From NCBI GenBank assembly GCA_002309055.1, contig DBWO01000046.1, positions 41,865 to 105,864 of the forward strand: a stretch of DNA of 64,000 bases, given 5' to 3'. Position 1 is the first letter of the stretch. Each line of letters starts with the position of its first letter. The stretch comes from Ruminococcaceae bacterium UBA1236. Lineage in GTDB: Bacteria > Bacillota > Clostridia > Oscillospirales > Acutalibacteraceae. Made by a program: the position numbers and the translations under genes. The notes beneath the pieces are model-generated. The model made no database searches, was not told where the DNA came from, and was given only the letters and a program-made list of their open reading frames with translations. Of this stretch, positions 27,087 through 35,999 are shown piece after piece.

Positions 27087-30000
27087 ATGGTTAAATTCAG
27101 ACGGCTCACAGCATTAATACTTTCGATTCTGCTTGTTCTTACCGCTTCTCCCTTATCTTACGCAACAGGCAGATCTGCGGAATTTGCAAACAGCGACTGC
27201 GAAGGTTACTTCGGCGGCCTGTTTTACTTTGCCTCAAATGAGGATATATCTTTCGCCTACAGAGAGACCGCAATCAACGAAGACAGAGAAGCTATTACGG
27301 AATATTACGTTGATTCAATTGCCGTTTACGGCGGATACGCTTATGTGCTGACGGGCAAAACGCTCAGAAAAATCAATGTGAATACGCTTGAGGACAGCCC
27401 TGTTTATTCCTCGCGCGCGGGCATTGACCGCTTCGCTCTCGGCGCAGGCAAAATCTATCTTCTCACCGGCGGCAGCATCACTTCGCTGAATACCGGCGGC
27501 ACGCTCACAACCGTTGTCGCCTCAGGCAAAATCATCGATTTCTGGCTTGAGAACGCCGGCACGCTCTCCTATATGACAAATGAGGATTATATCCATACCC
27601 TCGACCTTGCCTCGGGCGATGAAAACATAGTGCCGAATTACGCCACCGACCTCGGCGAAAACATACCGCTTTACAATCCTTCGGACGGCACAAATCAGCC
27701 CTCAATGGACCTGGGTTCTCTGCAGTCGAAATTCCCTGCGGGCAAGTACTGGAATCATGTCGGCTCATCAAGCAACAACCCCAACGGATACACATCATCC
27801 CCCTGCACTCATCACTCGGGCAACTGCGACTATTACGGCGGATGCGGCTGTAATTCCTTCAGTTCGGCCATTCAGTGCATGGGCTATGCTTTCAAGTGCG
27901 CCTATGATGTTTACGGCTCATATACCTCGAGCTGGAGCAGTTCATACTCAACCTCGGCGCTTGACAGCGTCAAGGCGGGCGACGTTATAAGATACAGAAA
28001 CGACGGTCACTCTATTTTTGTTACGGGCGTCAGCGGCAGCACCATAACCTATACGGACTGTAACAGCGACGGCCACTGTATAATCAAGTGGAACAGGACC
28101 ATTGACAAGTCAACTGTTAGGTCGTCATTCACTTACCTTCGCTCCGCTCCCTACGCGGCGCCCGGAAACACCTCTACAGACACGAAATATACCGTAACGT
28201 ACAATGCTAACGGCGGCAGCTGCTCGGTTAAAACCGCCACAATAAAGAGCGGCGACCCATACGGTGACCTTCCTGCGGCAGAGCGCGAGGGCTATGATTT
28301 ACTGGGGTGGTACACCTCGGCAAGCGGCGGCACTCCCGTTTCGTCAACCGATAAGGTAACCTCAAACACCACTCTCTACGCTCAGTGGAAGATTAAAACA
28401 TATTACATAACATTCGATAAAAACGGCGGCAACTACGCGCCCGATGATTTTTCAAAGGTTTACGGCGAGAGCAAAACAATCGGCACAAGGACACCGTCAA
28501 GAGACGGCTTCACCTTCGTGACATGGAATACGGCAAAGGACGGCTCGGGCACATCATACAAGCCCGGCTCGGTCTACAGCGCGAATGAGGATGCCACTCT
28601 CTACGCTATATGGAAGGGCAAATCCATTCAGATTAACCTTAACGCTAACGGCGGCACATTCAGCGGCTCAAACTATATGTCCGTTGTTTACGGCGAGCCC
28701 TACGGTGAGCTCCCGGCGCCGGAGAGAACAGGCTATGATTTCACCGGCTGGCACATAAGCTCCGAAACAGGCACTCCCGTCACATCCGAAACTATTGTTG
28801 AGGTTGCGACCTCTCACAGACTTGTTGCCTCGTGGAAGGTAAAAGTCTATACTGTCACCTATAACGCGAACGGCGGTAAAAACACGCCCGACAGTCAGAG
28901 CAAAGAATACGGCAGGAGCATAACCTTACGCTCCGATATTCCCTCAAGAGAACACTATTCTTTCACCGGATGGTACACCGCGCCCGACTCAAGCGGCACA
29001 AAGTATGAGCCCGGCACATCTTATTCAGCAAATGCCGACCTCTATCTTTTCGCCGGATGGAAGGGTGAGGAATACACCGTTAATTTCAACGTGAACGGCG
29101 GCGAGGGCACAATCGCTTCTCAGACAAAAGTTCACGGCACTACCCTGACCCTGACCTCCGTTACTCCCGAAAAAACGGGACACACATTTGTTGAATGGAA
29201 CACCAAATCCGACGGAAGCGGCAAGGGCTTCGCTTCGGGCGGAAACTACAATAACGAGGGCAACACTACCCTCTACGCGATATGGGAAATCACGAAATAT
29301 AAAGTGACATATGACGCGAACGGCGGCGAAAACGCACCCGCGGCTTCCGTGTTTGAATATGACTCATCAACCGTCATAAGCAGCACCGTTCCCACACGCA
29401 CCGGATTCAATTTCCTCGGCTGGTTCACAAACGCTGACGGCACCGGCACGCAGTACACGGCAGGCACAACCTACGCGAAGAACGAAAATCTCAAGCTTTA
29501 CGCCGCCTGGGAGAGGGAAAAATATCCCGTAACCTTTAACGCGAACGGCGGAAAAGGTGCTCCCGAAACGCAGTACAAGGAATACGAAGTCGCTCTCGCA
29601 ATTTCCGACACCGTTCCGGCAAAAGCCGGCTATGATTTCACCGGATGGAACACTCTCGCGAACGGTACGGGCAAGACATATCAGCCCGGCGAAACATACA
29701 CCGAAAACAAGGCTCTTTCCCTCTGCGCGCAGTGGGCCGCGGCAACCTACACCGTTACATTCAATTCAAACGGTTCTGCCGCCGCAGACACAACCGCAAG
29801 ATTCAAATACGGCACAGTTTATTCGTCTCTGCCCGTTATATCGAGGCGCGGATACACCTTCCTCGGCTGGTACACATCGCCTAAATCCGGCACAAAGATA
29901 AATGAGGGCGGCACTGTCAGTATCACCGCCGATTCGGTATTCTATGCCCACTGGAGCGCAAATACATACACGCTCACATTTAATCCCGCGGGCGGCGAAT

Positions 30001-31985
30001 GCGCGACGGAAAAAGTTGATGTTACATACGGCACGGCATACAGCAACCTGCCTGCCGCCTCAAAAACAGGTTTTGTTTTCGCCGGCTGGTTTGACAGCGA
30101 CGGCAACGAAATCGCCCCCGGTGCGACCGTGCTTATCACAAAAGACACTTCCGTCACGGCGAAATGGGTAAACGGCGCATACACGGTAACCCTTGACCCC
30201 GTGGGAGGCGAATGCGAAACCGTTTCTCTTTCGGCGAATTACGGCGACACGGTCAGCGGACTGCCTGTGCCCGAGAGAGCCGGATTCAATTTCGGCGGAT
30301 GGGCGGATGAAAGCGGAGCGTTAACCGGCAAAAGCTTCACGATGCCCGCGAAAAACACAGCTCTCACCGCCATATGGACTCCCGAAACTTATGCCGTAAT
30401 TCTTGACCCCGGTCAGGGCTCACTCTCCGGAAGAAGCGTTAACGTAAACTACCTTGAGCCTGTCGGCACACTTCCCAAGCCCGTGCTCGGCGGCAGTGAA
30501 TTTCTCGGCTGGTTTGCCCCGGACGGAAAAGAAATAACGGCTTCAACAGTTTATTCTTATAACAAAGCAATCACTCTCACGGCAAAATACGCCGATGTAA
30601 CCGCAGGCAGCGTAACATTCACGGCAGACGGAAACACCGTGGCAGTTGTCGCGAATTCAAAACTGCCCTCGGGTGCTCCCGCGGTGCCTTCGAAGGAGGG
30701 TTATTCCGGCAAATGGAGCGAATATGAAAAAACCGCGCAGGGCGATGTGGCAAAAGCCGTTTATACCCCCGCGGAATACACCGTGAGCTTCATAACCGGG
30801 GACAGCACCGTCACAAAACAATACGCGGCAGGCGATTATGTCACCGGCGACGGAGTCACAGCACCCGAAGGATATGTTATTAACGGCTTTGACCGTGAAA
30901 TGCCCTTTGAAATGCCCGCGGAAAACATCACCGTCACCGCGGTGCTCACTCCGCTTGAATATACAGCGATTTACATAAACGAGGGCAAAGTCTGGTCAAC
31001 GGTTAAATACACCGCTCAGTCTCTCCCCGCGGCGCGTCTCCCGTCAAAGGACGGCTATTCCGTAACGTGGGATAAAACCGGCCCCGTGCCCGGCGGTATG
31101 ACGGTATTTGCCGTTTACACGCCCGTTAACTATACAGCGACATTCAGGGCTCTCGGCAAAACCGTTGCCGAAATGAGCTTCAACATTGAAACAGAGGCAC
31201 TCAAGGAGCCCGCCGTGCCGGTTAATAACGGCTACAGCGGCAGATGGGAATCCTACACCCTCGGCGCGGAAAACATTACAGTCAATGCCGTTTACGCGCC
31301 AAACACCTACACCGTGACCTTTGTCGCAATGGACAAGGAAATTGCGAAAGTCAGCTACGCCTACGGCGCGGAAAGCATAAATGAACCTGCGGTGCCCGCG
31401 CGCGCCGGATACACCGGCTCATGGGCGAAATACACCCTCGGCTACAAGGATTCCACCGTAAACGCTCTTTACAGAGCGATTCAGTACACAGCAACCTTTG
31501 TCGCGAACGGAAAAGTGATAGCAACCGTACCCTTTACCGTGGAGAGTCCTCCCGTTGCCCCCGCCGTGCCGCAGAGGTCCGGCTATACGGCAAAGTGGAG
31601 CGACTATACGATTATGCCGTGTGATATGACAATCACGGCGAAATACATCCCGATGTCCGGAATTTACATCCTGAGTTATATGAACGAAAGAGAAATCGAT
31701 TATATGACCACGATAACTTTCAGGGCGAAAGTTTCAAACACTCCGGAAGAATATGAAATTCACTGGTTAATCAACGGCGAGGATACCGGTACGGGTAACG
31801 GCGACGGCACAGTCACAATCAAGGAGGCGCGCTCGGATTTCACCGTATGCGCTCAGATGTTTTATGACGGAGAAGGCTACGCGAAGAGTGAAACCGAAAA
31901 GGTGAATGTGAAAAACGGTTTCTTCGCCCGCCTCAACGGTTTCTTCAGAAAGCTGTTCCACAGGCTACATAATATAACGCAGTAA
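27087..31985 (+). CDS. Large surface protein: propeller-like N-domain, CHAP/NlpC-like Cys-His domain, many InlB B-repeat (Listeria-Bacteroides) domains, shared C-terminal domain
   Basis: Signal peptide; QCMGYA...KAGDVIRY..GHSIFV; repeated VTY.ANGG...P.R.GY.F.GW...LYA.W; ends VKNGFFARLNGFFRKLFHRLHNITQ. Confidence 0.88.
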   Translation: MVKFRRLTALILSILLVLTASPLSYATGRSAEFANSDCEGYFGGLFYFASNEDISFAYRETAINEDREAITEYYVDSIAVYGGYAYVLTGKTLRKINVNTLEDSPVYSSRAGIDRFALGAGKIYLLTGGSITSLNTGGTLTTVVASGKIIDFWLENAGTLSYMTNEDYIHTLDLASGDENIVPNYATDLGENIPLYNPSDGTNQPSMDLGSLQSKFPAGKYWNHVGSSSNNPNGYTSSPCTHHSGNCDYYGGCGCNSFSSAIQCMGYAFKCAYDVYGSYTSSWSSSYSTSALDSVKAGDVIRYRNDGHSIFVTGVSGSTITYTDCNSDGHCIIKWNRTIDKSTVRSSFTYLRSAPYAAPGNTSTDTKYTVTYNANGGSCSVKTATIKSGDPYGDLPAAEREGYDLLGWYTSASGGTPVSSTDKVTSNTTLYAQWKIKTYYITFDKNGGNYAPDDFSKVYGESKTIGTRTPSRDGFTFVTWNTAKDGSGTSYKPGSVYSANEDATLYAIWKGKSIQINLNANGGTFSGSNYMSVVYGEPYGELPAPERTGYDFTGWHISSETGTPVTSETIVEVATSHRLVASWKVKVYTVTYNANGGKNTPDSQSKEYGRSITLRSDIPSREHYSFTGWYTAPDSSGTKYEPGTSYSANADLYLFAGWKGEEYTVNFNVNGGEGTIASQTKVHGTTLTLTSVTPEKTGHTFVEWNTKSDGSGKGFASGGNYNNEGNTTLYAIWEITKYKVTYDANGGENAPAASVFEYDSSTVISSTVPTRTGFNFLGWFTNADGTGTQYTAGTTYAKNENLKLYAAWEREKYPVTFNANGGKGAPETQYKEYEVALAISDTVPAKAGYDFTGWNTLANGTGKTYQPGETYTENKALSLCAQWAAATYTVTFNSNGSAAADTTARFKYGTVYSSLPVISRRGYTFLGWYTSPKSGTKINEGGTVSITADSVFYAHWSANTYTLTFNPAGGECATEKVDVTYGTAYSNLPAASKTGFVFAGWFDSDGNEIAPGATVLITKDTSVTAKWVNGAYTVTLDPVGGECETVSLSANYGDTVSGLPVPERAGFNFGGWADESGALTGKSFTMPAKNTALTAIWTPETYAVILDPGQGSLSGRSVNVNYLEPVGTLPKPVLGGSEFLGWFAPDGKEITASTVYSYNKAITLTAKYADVTAGSVTFTADGNTVAVVANSKLPSGAPAVPSKEGYSGKWSEYEKTAQGDVAKAVYTPAEYTVSFITGDSTVTKQYAAGDYVTGDGVTAPEGYVINGFDREMPFEMPAENITVTAVLTPLEYTAIYINEGKVWSTVKYTAQSLPAARLPSKDGYSVTWDKTGPVPGGMTVFAVYTPVNYTATFRALGKTVAEMSFNIETEALKEPAVPVNNGYSGRWESYTLGAENITVNAVYAPNTYTVTFVAMDKEIAKVSYAYGAESINEPAVPARAGYTGSWAKYTLGYKDSTVNALYRAIQYTATFVANGKVIATVPFTVESPPVAPAVPQRSGYTAKWSDYTIMPCDMTITAKYIPMSGIYILSYMNEREIDYMTTITFRAKVSNTPEEYEIHWLINGEDTGTGNGDGTVTIKEARSDFTVCAQMFYDGEGYAKSETEKVNVKNGFFARLNGFFRKLFHRLHNITQ

Positions 31986-32032
31986 CTCCCGCGGCTTTTT
32001 CAGTTAAGCAAAAACATTTCTTATATGACTTT

Positions 32033-32063
32033 AAAGGGACTCACAAATCTGTGAGTCCCTTTT
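32033..32063. terminator. Bidirectional terminator (third, diverged copy of the 3' element)
   Basis: aaagggactcaca-aatc-tgtgagtcccttt between convergent genes. Confidence 0.8.
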
Positions 32064-32078
32064 CCTGTTTATTAATTT

Positions 32079-33536
32079 TTAATCAAGCGGTTTGCAGTAG
32101 TCCGGAAACGCGCCGATTTTCTGATCGAATTTGTTCTTTTGGGTAATCTCGGGCACGGGGACGGGATAATTACCGGTAAAGCAGCCGTCGCAGAAACAGA
32201 CATCCGCCTCGCGCGCAATCTGATGAGTTGCCTCAACGGAAAGATAGCCGAGTGAGTCAACTCCTATCGCCTTCGCGATTTCGTCAACCGAATCATATTT
32301 GCACGCGATGAGGTTGTCGCGGCTGTCAATATCCGTGCCGAAATAGCAGGGGTGCTTAAACGGCGGAGCGGACACGCGCATGTGTATCTCTTTCGCGCCC
32401 GCGTCACGCAGGAGTTTTACTATTCTCGCGCAGGTTGTGCCTCTGACAATCGAGTCATCAATCATTATGACCCTTTTGCCCATGATGTTTTCCTTCACGG
32501 CGTTGAGCTTGATTCTCACCGCATCCTCCCTCTGCGCCTGAGATGGGGCGATGAAACTGCGCCCGATATATTTGTTTTTGATAAGACCCGTGCCGTAAGG
32601 AATCCCGCTGGCCCTCGCGTAGCCGAGCGCCGCGTCAATGCCCGAATCGGGCACGCCGATAACGATATCCGCCGCCGCGGGATGCTCCGCGGCAAGGAAT
32701 TCACCGGCCCTCACTCTCGCTCTGTGCACGGGCACGCCGTCAATCACGGAGTCGGGACGGGCAAAATAAATGTATTCAAACACGCAGATGCTTGTTTTGT
32801 CCTTTTCCGCGCAGTGAGTGGTGATTGATGAAAGCCCCTCGTCGGAGATGACAAGTATTTCACCGGGCTTTATGTCTCTTATAAACTCCGCGCCTATTGT
32901 GTCAACAGCGCACGATTCGCTCGCTACGCAGTAGGCGCCGTCCGGAGTTTTGCCGAGGCACAAAGGGCGGAATCCGTTAGGGTCGCGGAAGGCGATGAGC
33001 TTTGTAGCCGTCATCACAACGCAGGAATAAGCGCCCTTGATCTCACCCATCGTTTTCTCAATCGCCTGCTCGGTGCTTTCGCACGTGAGACGGTTTGAAA
33101 CGATTGAATAAGCAATCGCCTCCGTGTCGGATGTGCCGTGGAATATCCCGCCGCTGAGTTCAAAACGCCTGCGGATTTCTCCGGAATTCACGAGATTCCC
33201 GTTGTGGCAGAGTGAAAGGTTGCCTTTTATGTGGCGAATGACAAGCGGCTGAATGTTACCCTGGTCATTTCCGCCCGTTGTTGAATAGCGCACGTGACCG
33301 ACAGCCATGTTGCCCTTGCCCAGCAGCTGCAGTTTGTCCGGCGTAAACACATCGGAAACAAGTCCGCTTCCTTTGATGTGCCTGAAAACACCGTCGTCAT
33401 TCACAGCTATGCCGCACGCCTCCTGCCCCCTGTGCTGAAGGGCGTAGAGGGCGTGATAAACGCTCTGCGCGACATAGTTTGTCCTGCTTTCGAATATGCC
33501 GAAAACACCGCATTCTTCGTGTAATGAATTGAACAT
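32079..33536 (-). CDS. purF: Amidophosphoribosyltransferase
   Basis: EECGVFG after a short propeptide, LQHRGQE, GHVRYST, VFEYIYFARPDS, IDDSIVRGTT, Fe-S cysteines PCYFG and CDGC. Confidence 0.97.
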   Translation of the reverse strand: MFNSLHEECGVFGIFESRTNYVAQSVYHALYALQHRGQEACGIAVNDDGVFRHIKGSGLVSDVFTPDKLQLLGKGNMAVGHVRYSTTGGNDQGNIQPLVIRHIKGNLSLCHNGNLVNSGEIRRRFELSGGIFHGTSDTEAIAYSIVSNRLTCESTEQAIEKTMGEIKGAYSCVVMTATKLIAFRDPNGFRPLCLGKTPDGAYCVASESCAVDTIGAEFIRDIKPGEILVISDEGLSSITTHCAEKDKTSICVFEYIYFARPDSVIDGVPVHRARVRAGEFLAAEHPAAADIVIGVPDSGIDAALGYARASGIPYGTGLIKNKYIGRSFIAPSQAQREDAVRIKLNAVKENIMGKRVIMIDDSIVRGTTCARIVKLLRDAGAKEIHMRVSAPPFKHPCYFGTDIDSRDNLIACKYDSVDEIAKAIGVDSLGYLSVEATHQIAREADVCFCDGCFTGNYPVPVPEITQKNKFDQKIGAFPDYCKPLD

Positions 33537-33544
33537 ATATAACC

Positions 33545-34282
33545 TCACAGATTGGGAGTATAAAGGTTTGCGTACGGTCTGGATGTCGCGGGCACAAGTT
33601 TTTTGAAGGGCTTGCTCATAATCTCGGCGTAATCCGCGCCGAAATAGCGGCAATAAGCTTTCACATAGGCGGAAAGCTCCTTTTCGTCTTCGGGCTCAAG
33701 CTCGCAAACAGAGATATTCTGGGCGAGGTTTGCTTTCGGGAAAGCGCCTCTGACGAATATTTTGCCGCCGTGCATTCCGGACGCGCAGTGCGGGCCGAAA
33801 AGCTTTTCACCGTGCTTCATATTAAGGCCGAGCAGGACTATTGTGCCGCCTGCCATATATTCGCCGAGGAATGCGCCCGCGTTTTCGCCGATGACAAGCA
33901 CGGGCTTCATCTGCCTGAATTCCTTCATATGAATGCCGCCGCGGCAGCAGACATTATCGCGCACAAATATCTTTCCGTCACGCATTCCGTAGCCGAGGGC
34001 ATCGCCCGAATGACCGTGAATTATTATCTCGCCGCCGCCCATTGTGTTGCCCACGGCGTCCTGCGCGCTGCCGTAAACCGTGACTCTGCCGCCGTTTAAG
34101 TAGCAAGCGAGGTCGTTGCCCGCGGTGCCGTAAATATCCAGTGATTTGCCGCTGTCAAGTCCGCAGCCGAGATACCTTTGGCCGTTGACCTCCCTGACGG
34201 CTGTTTTGTCGTCCGATTTAAGCCTGCGGTTTATTTCTTCATTTACATCCTCGTATCTGCGAAGACCGGCTGTGATACTCAT
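33545..34282 (-). CDS. Glutamate synthase C-terminal GXGXG-domain subunit (split, archaeal-type)
   Basis: GQRYLG, GTAGNDLA, GNTMGGG, FLGEYMAGG, GMHGG. Confidence 0.9.
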   Translation of the reverse strand: MSITAGLRRYEDVNEEINRRLKSDDKTAVREVNGQRYLGCGLDSGKSLDIYGTAGNDLACYLNGGRVTVYGSAQDAVGNTMGGGEIIIHGHSGDALGYGMRDGKIFVRDNVCCRGGIHMKEFRQMKPVLVIGENAGAFLGEYMAGGTIVLLGLNMKHGEKLFGPHCASGMHGGKIFVRGAFPKANLAQNISVCELEPEDEKELSAYVKAYCRYFGADYAEIMSKPFKKLVPATSRPYANLYTPNL

Positions 34283-35547
34283 TATGCCGATTCTCCTTTC
34301 AGTCTGCTCTTTCTTGTTTCTTTGTCAAACCACATAAGCGACGGTGTGCCGAGAATGTCGCCGCTGAGAGTTGTGACATCGGTTTTGTTTTCAATCAGAT
34401 TTGTATATATGCCCGCGTTTTCACTCGAGTTTATGAGCACAAAACCCACAAGGCGGTTCCCCTCAAAAATGAGGCGCTTGTAGCTCTCGCCACTTTGAAT
34501 AACGCGGTCGCTGTATTTATCGCCCGCAGCGTTTATCAGCCCGCAGGTGCAGATTCGCATGCCGTAAAAATCTATCGCGTTAACGGCGAATGTGCCGCCC
34601 GTGGCGCCTTCTCCTCCCGCCATTTGCGAGCCGGCCGCCTTGCCCTGACGCACGGCGTTTACCCACAAAGCAATTATCTTTTTGCTCCCGTCAAGCATAT
34701 CGACGGAAACAGCGCAGTCTCCTGCGGCGTAAATATCACTGTCGCTTGTGCGCATTGTGCCGGGGTCGATGATTATGCCTCTGTTCACCTCGAGCCCCGC
34801 CTTTTCGGCAAGCGAAGTTTCGGGGCGGACACCCACGGCGAGCACCAGCAGGTCGCAGGGAAGCTCCTTTCCGCTTTTAAGGACAACAGATGTTATCTTA
34901 CCACCCTTGCTTTTTGCCTCGGTGACGGTATCTCCGAGATGGAAGGTTATGTGACCTTCGGTCTCAATAAATTTTTTGACCGATTTTGATGATTTCGCGT
35001 CGAGAATTGAGGGGAGCACTCTTTCGGAAAGCTCGGCGACATCAACGCTTTTGCAGATTTTCGAGAGGCCTTCCGCCGCCTTCATGCCGATAAGACCGGC
35101 GCCGATTACGACGGCTCTTGTGTCTTTATTCGCTTTTTTCTTCAGAGCCTTTGTACAGGCGAGGTCAAGGAATGTGAGCGCGTTTTCTTTGCTCTGCGTA
35201 TTTTTCATCGGGGGCACAAACGGCTTTGAACCCGTGCAGAGACACAGCTTATCATAATGATAGGATTTACGCCCCGCTCTCACGGTCTTTTTCTTTCTGT
35301 CTATCGCGGTTACCTCGGCACCCGTCACAATCTCTATGCCCGTCTGTTTATAATATGAAGGCTTTCTTAAAAGCATATCTTTTTCAGTGACCTTGCCCTT
35401 GAGGTAATAGCTGATTGACGGTCTGCTGTAAGGCAGGTATTCCTCTTTTGTGAGCAGGATTATTCTGCCGTCCTTATCCTCTTTTCTGATTTGCTCGGCA
35501 CAGGCAAGCCCTGCCGCGGAAGCGCCGACAATAACATAATTCATCAT
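34282..35547 (-). CDS. FAD-dependent NAD(P)H oxidoreductase (probable electron donor to glutamate synthase)
   Basis: GASAAG, YSRP, GAGLIG, TSDSDIYAAGD. Confidence 0.88.
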   Translation of the reverse strand: MMNYVIVGASAAGLACAEQIRKEDKDGRIILLTKEEYLPYSRPSISYYLKGKVTEKDMLLRKPSYYKQTGIEIVTGAEVTAIDRKKKTVRAGRKSYHYDKLCLCTGSKPFVPPMKNTQSKENALTFLDLACTKALKKKANKDTRAVVIGAGLIGMKAAEGLSKICKSVDVAELSERVLPSILDAKSSKSVKKFIETEGHITFHLGDTVTEAKSKGGKITSVVLKSGKELPCDLLVLAVGVRPETSLAEKAGLEVNRGIIIDPGTMRTSDSDIYAAGDCAVSVDMLDGSKKIIALWVNAVRQGKAAGSQMAGGEGATGGTFAVNAIDFYGMRICTCGLINAAGDKYSDRVIQSGESYKRLIFEGNRLVGFVLINSSENAGIYTNLIENKTDVTTLSGDILGTPSLMWFDKETRKSRLKGESA

Positions 35548-35987
35548 TATCCTTTACCTCCGAAATCAGCATAAACAAGAGCCCTGTTGGGGCAGTTTTT
35601 AACACATGCAGGCTCGTCCTCCGTGCAGCACAAATCGCATTTCACGGCGAATTTACCTGTCTTTATGCACCCGAAGGGGCAAACGGCGAGGCAGGTCATG
35701 CAGCCGATGCACTTTTCCTCGTCAACTCGGACAATGCCCGTTTTCTTATCCTTCTGCATCGCGCCGGTTATGCATGCCTCAACACATTTCGGGTTGTCGC
35801 AGTGGCGGCAGTTTACCGCCGCGGAGAGCATTTTATCACCGCACACGGTCACTCTCGAAACCGGCTCCGGGTCCTCGTACTTATTTGCTTTTATTATATC
35901 TTTTGACTGTGAGTGAGCTGTTTTGCAATAAACCTCGCACAGGCGGCAGTTAAGGCAAAGCTCTTCTTTTGCGTACACTCTTTTCAT
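35547..35987 (-). CDS. 4Fe-4S dicluster ferredoxin-like protein
   Basis: CLNCRLCEVYC, CRHC..P.CV.AC, CIGCMTCLAVCP, KCDLC...PACV..CP. Confidence 0.93.
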   Translation of the reverse strand: MKRVYAKEELCLNCRLCEVYCKTAHSQSKDIIKANKYEDPEPVSRVTVCGDKMLSAAVNCRHCDNPKCVEACITGAMQKDKKTGIVRVDEEKCIGCMTCLAVCPFGCIKTGKFAVKCDLCCTEDEPACVKNCPNRALVYADFGGKG

Positions 35988-35999
35988 AGCTTTATCTCC

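Noticed and set aside
33537-33653. Extended N-termini in the ORF track (purF; likewise TetR, ABC, VWA, glgB, 50341, 44335, 17064)
   Set aside because: Downstream ATGs have a proper RBS or match family starts, so coordinates were trimmed accordingly.
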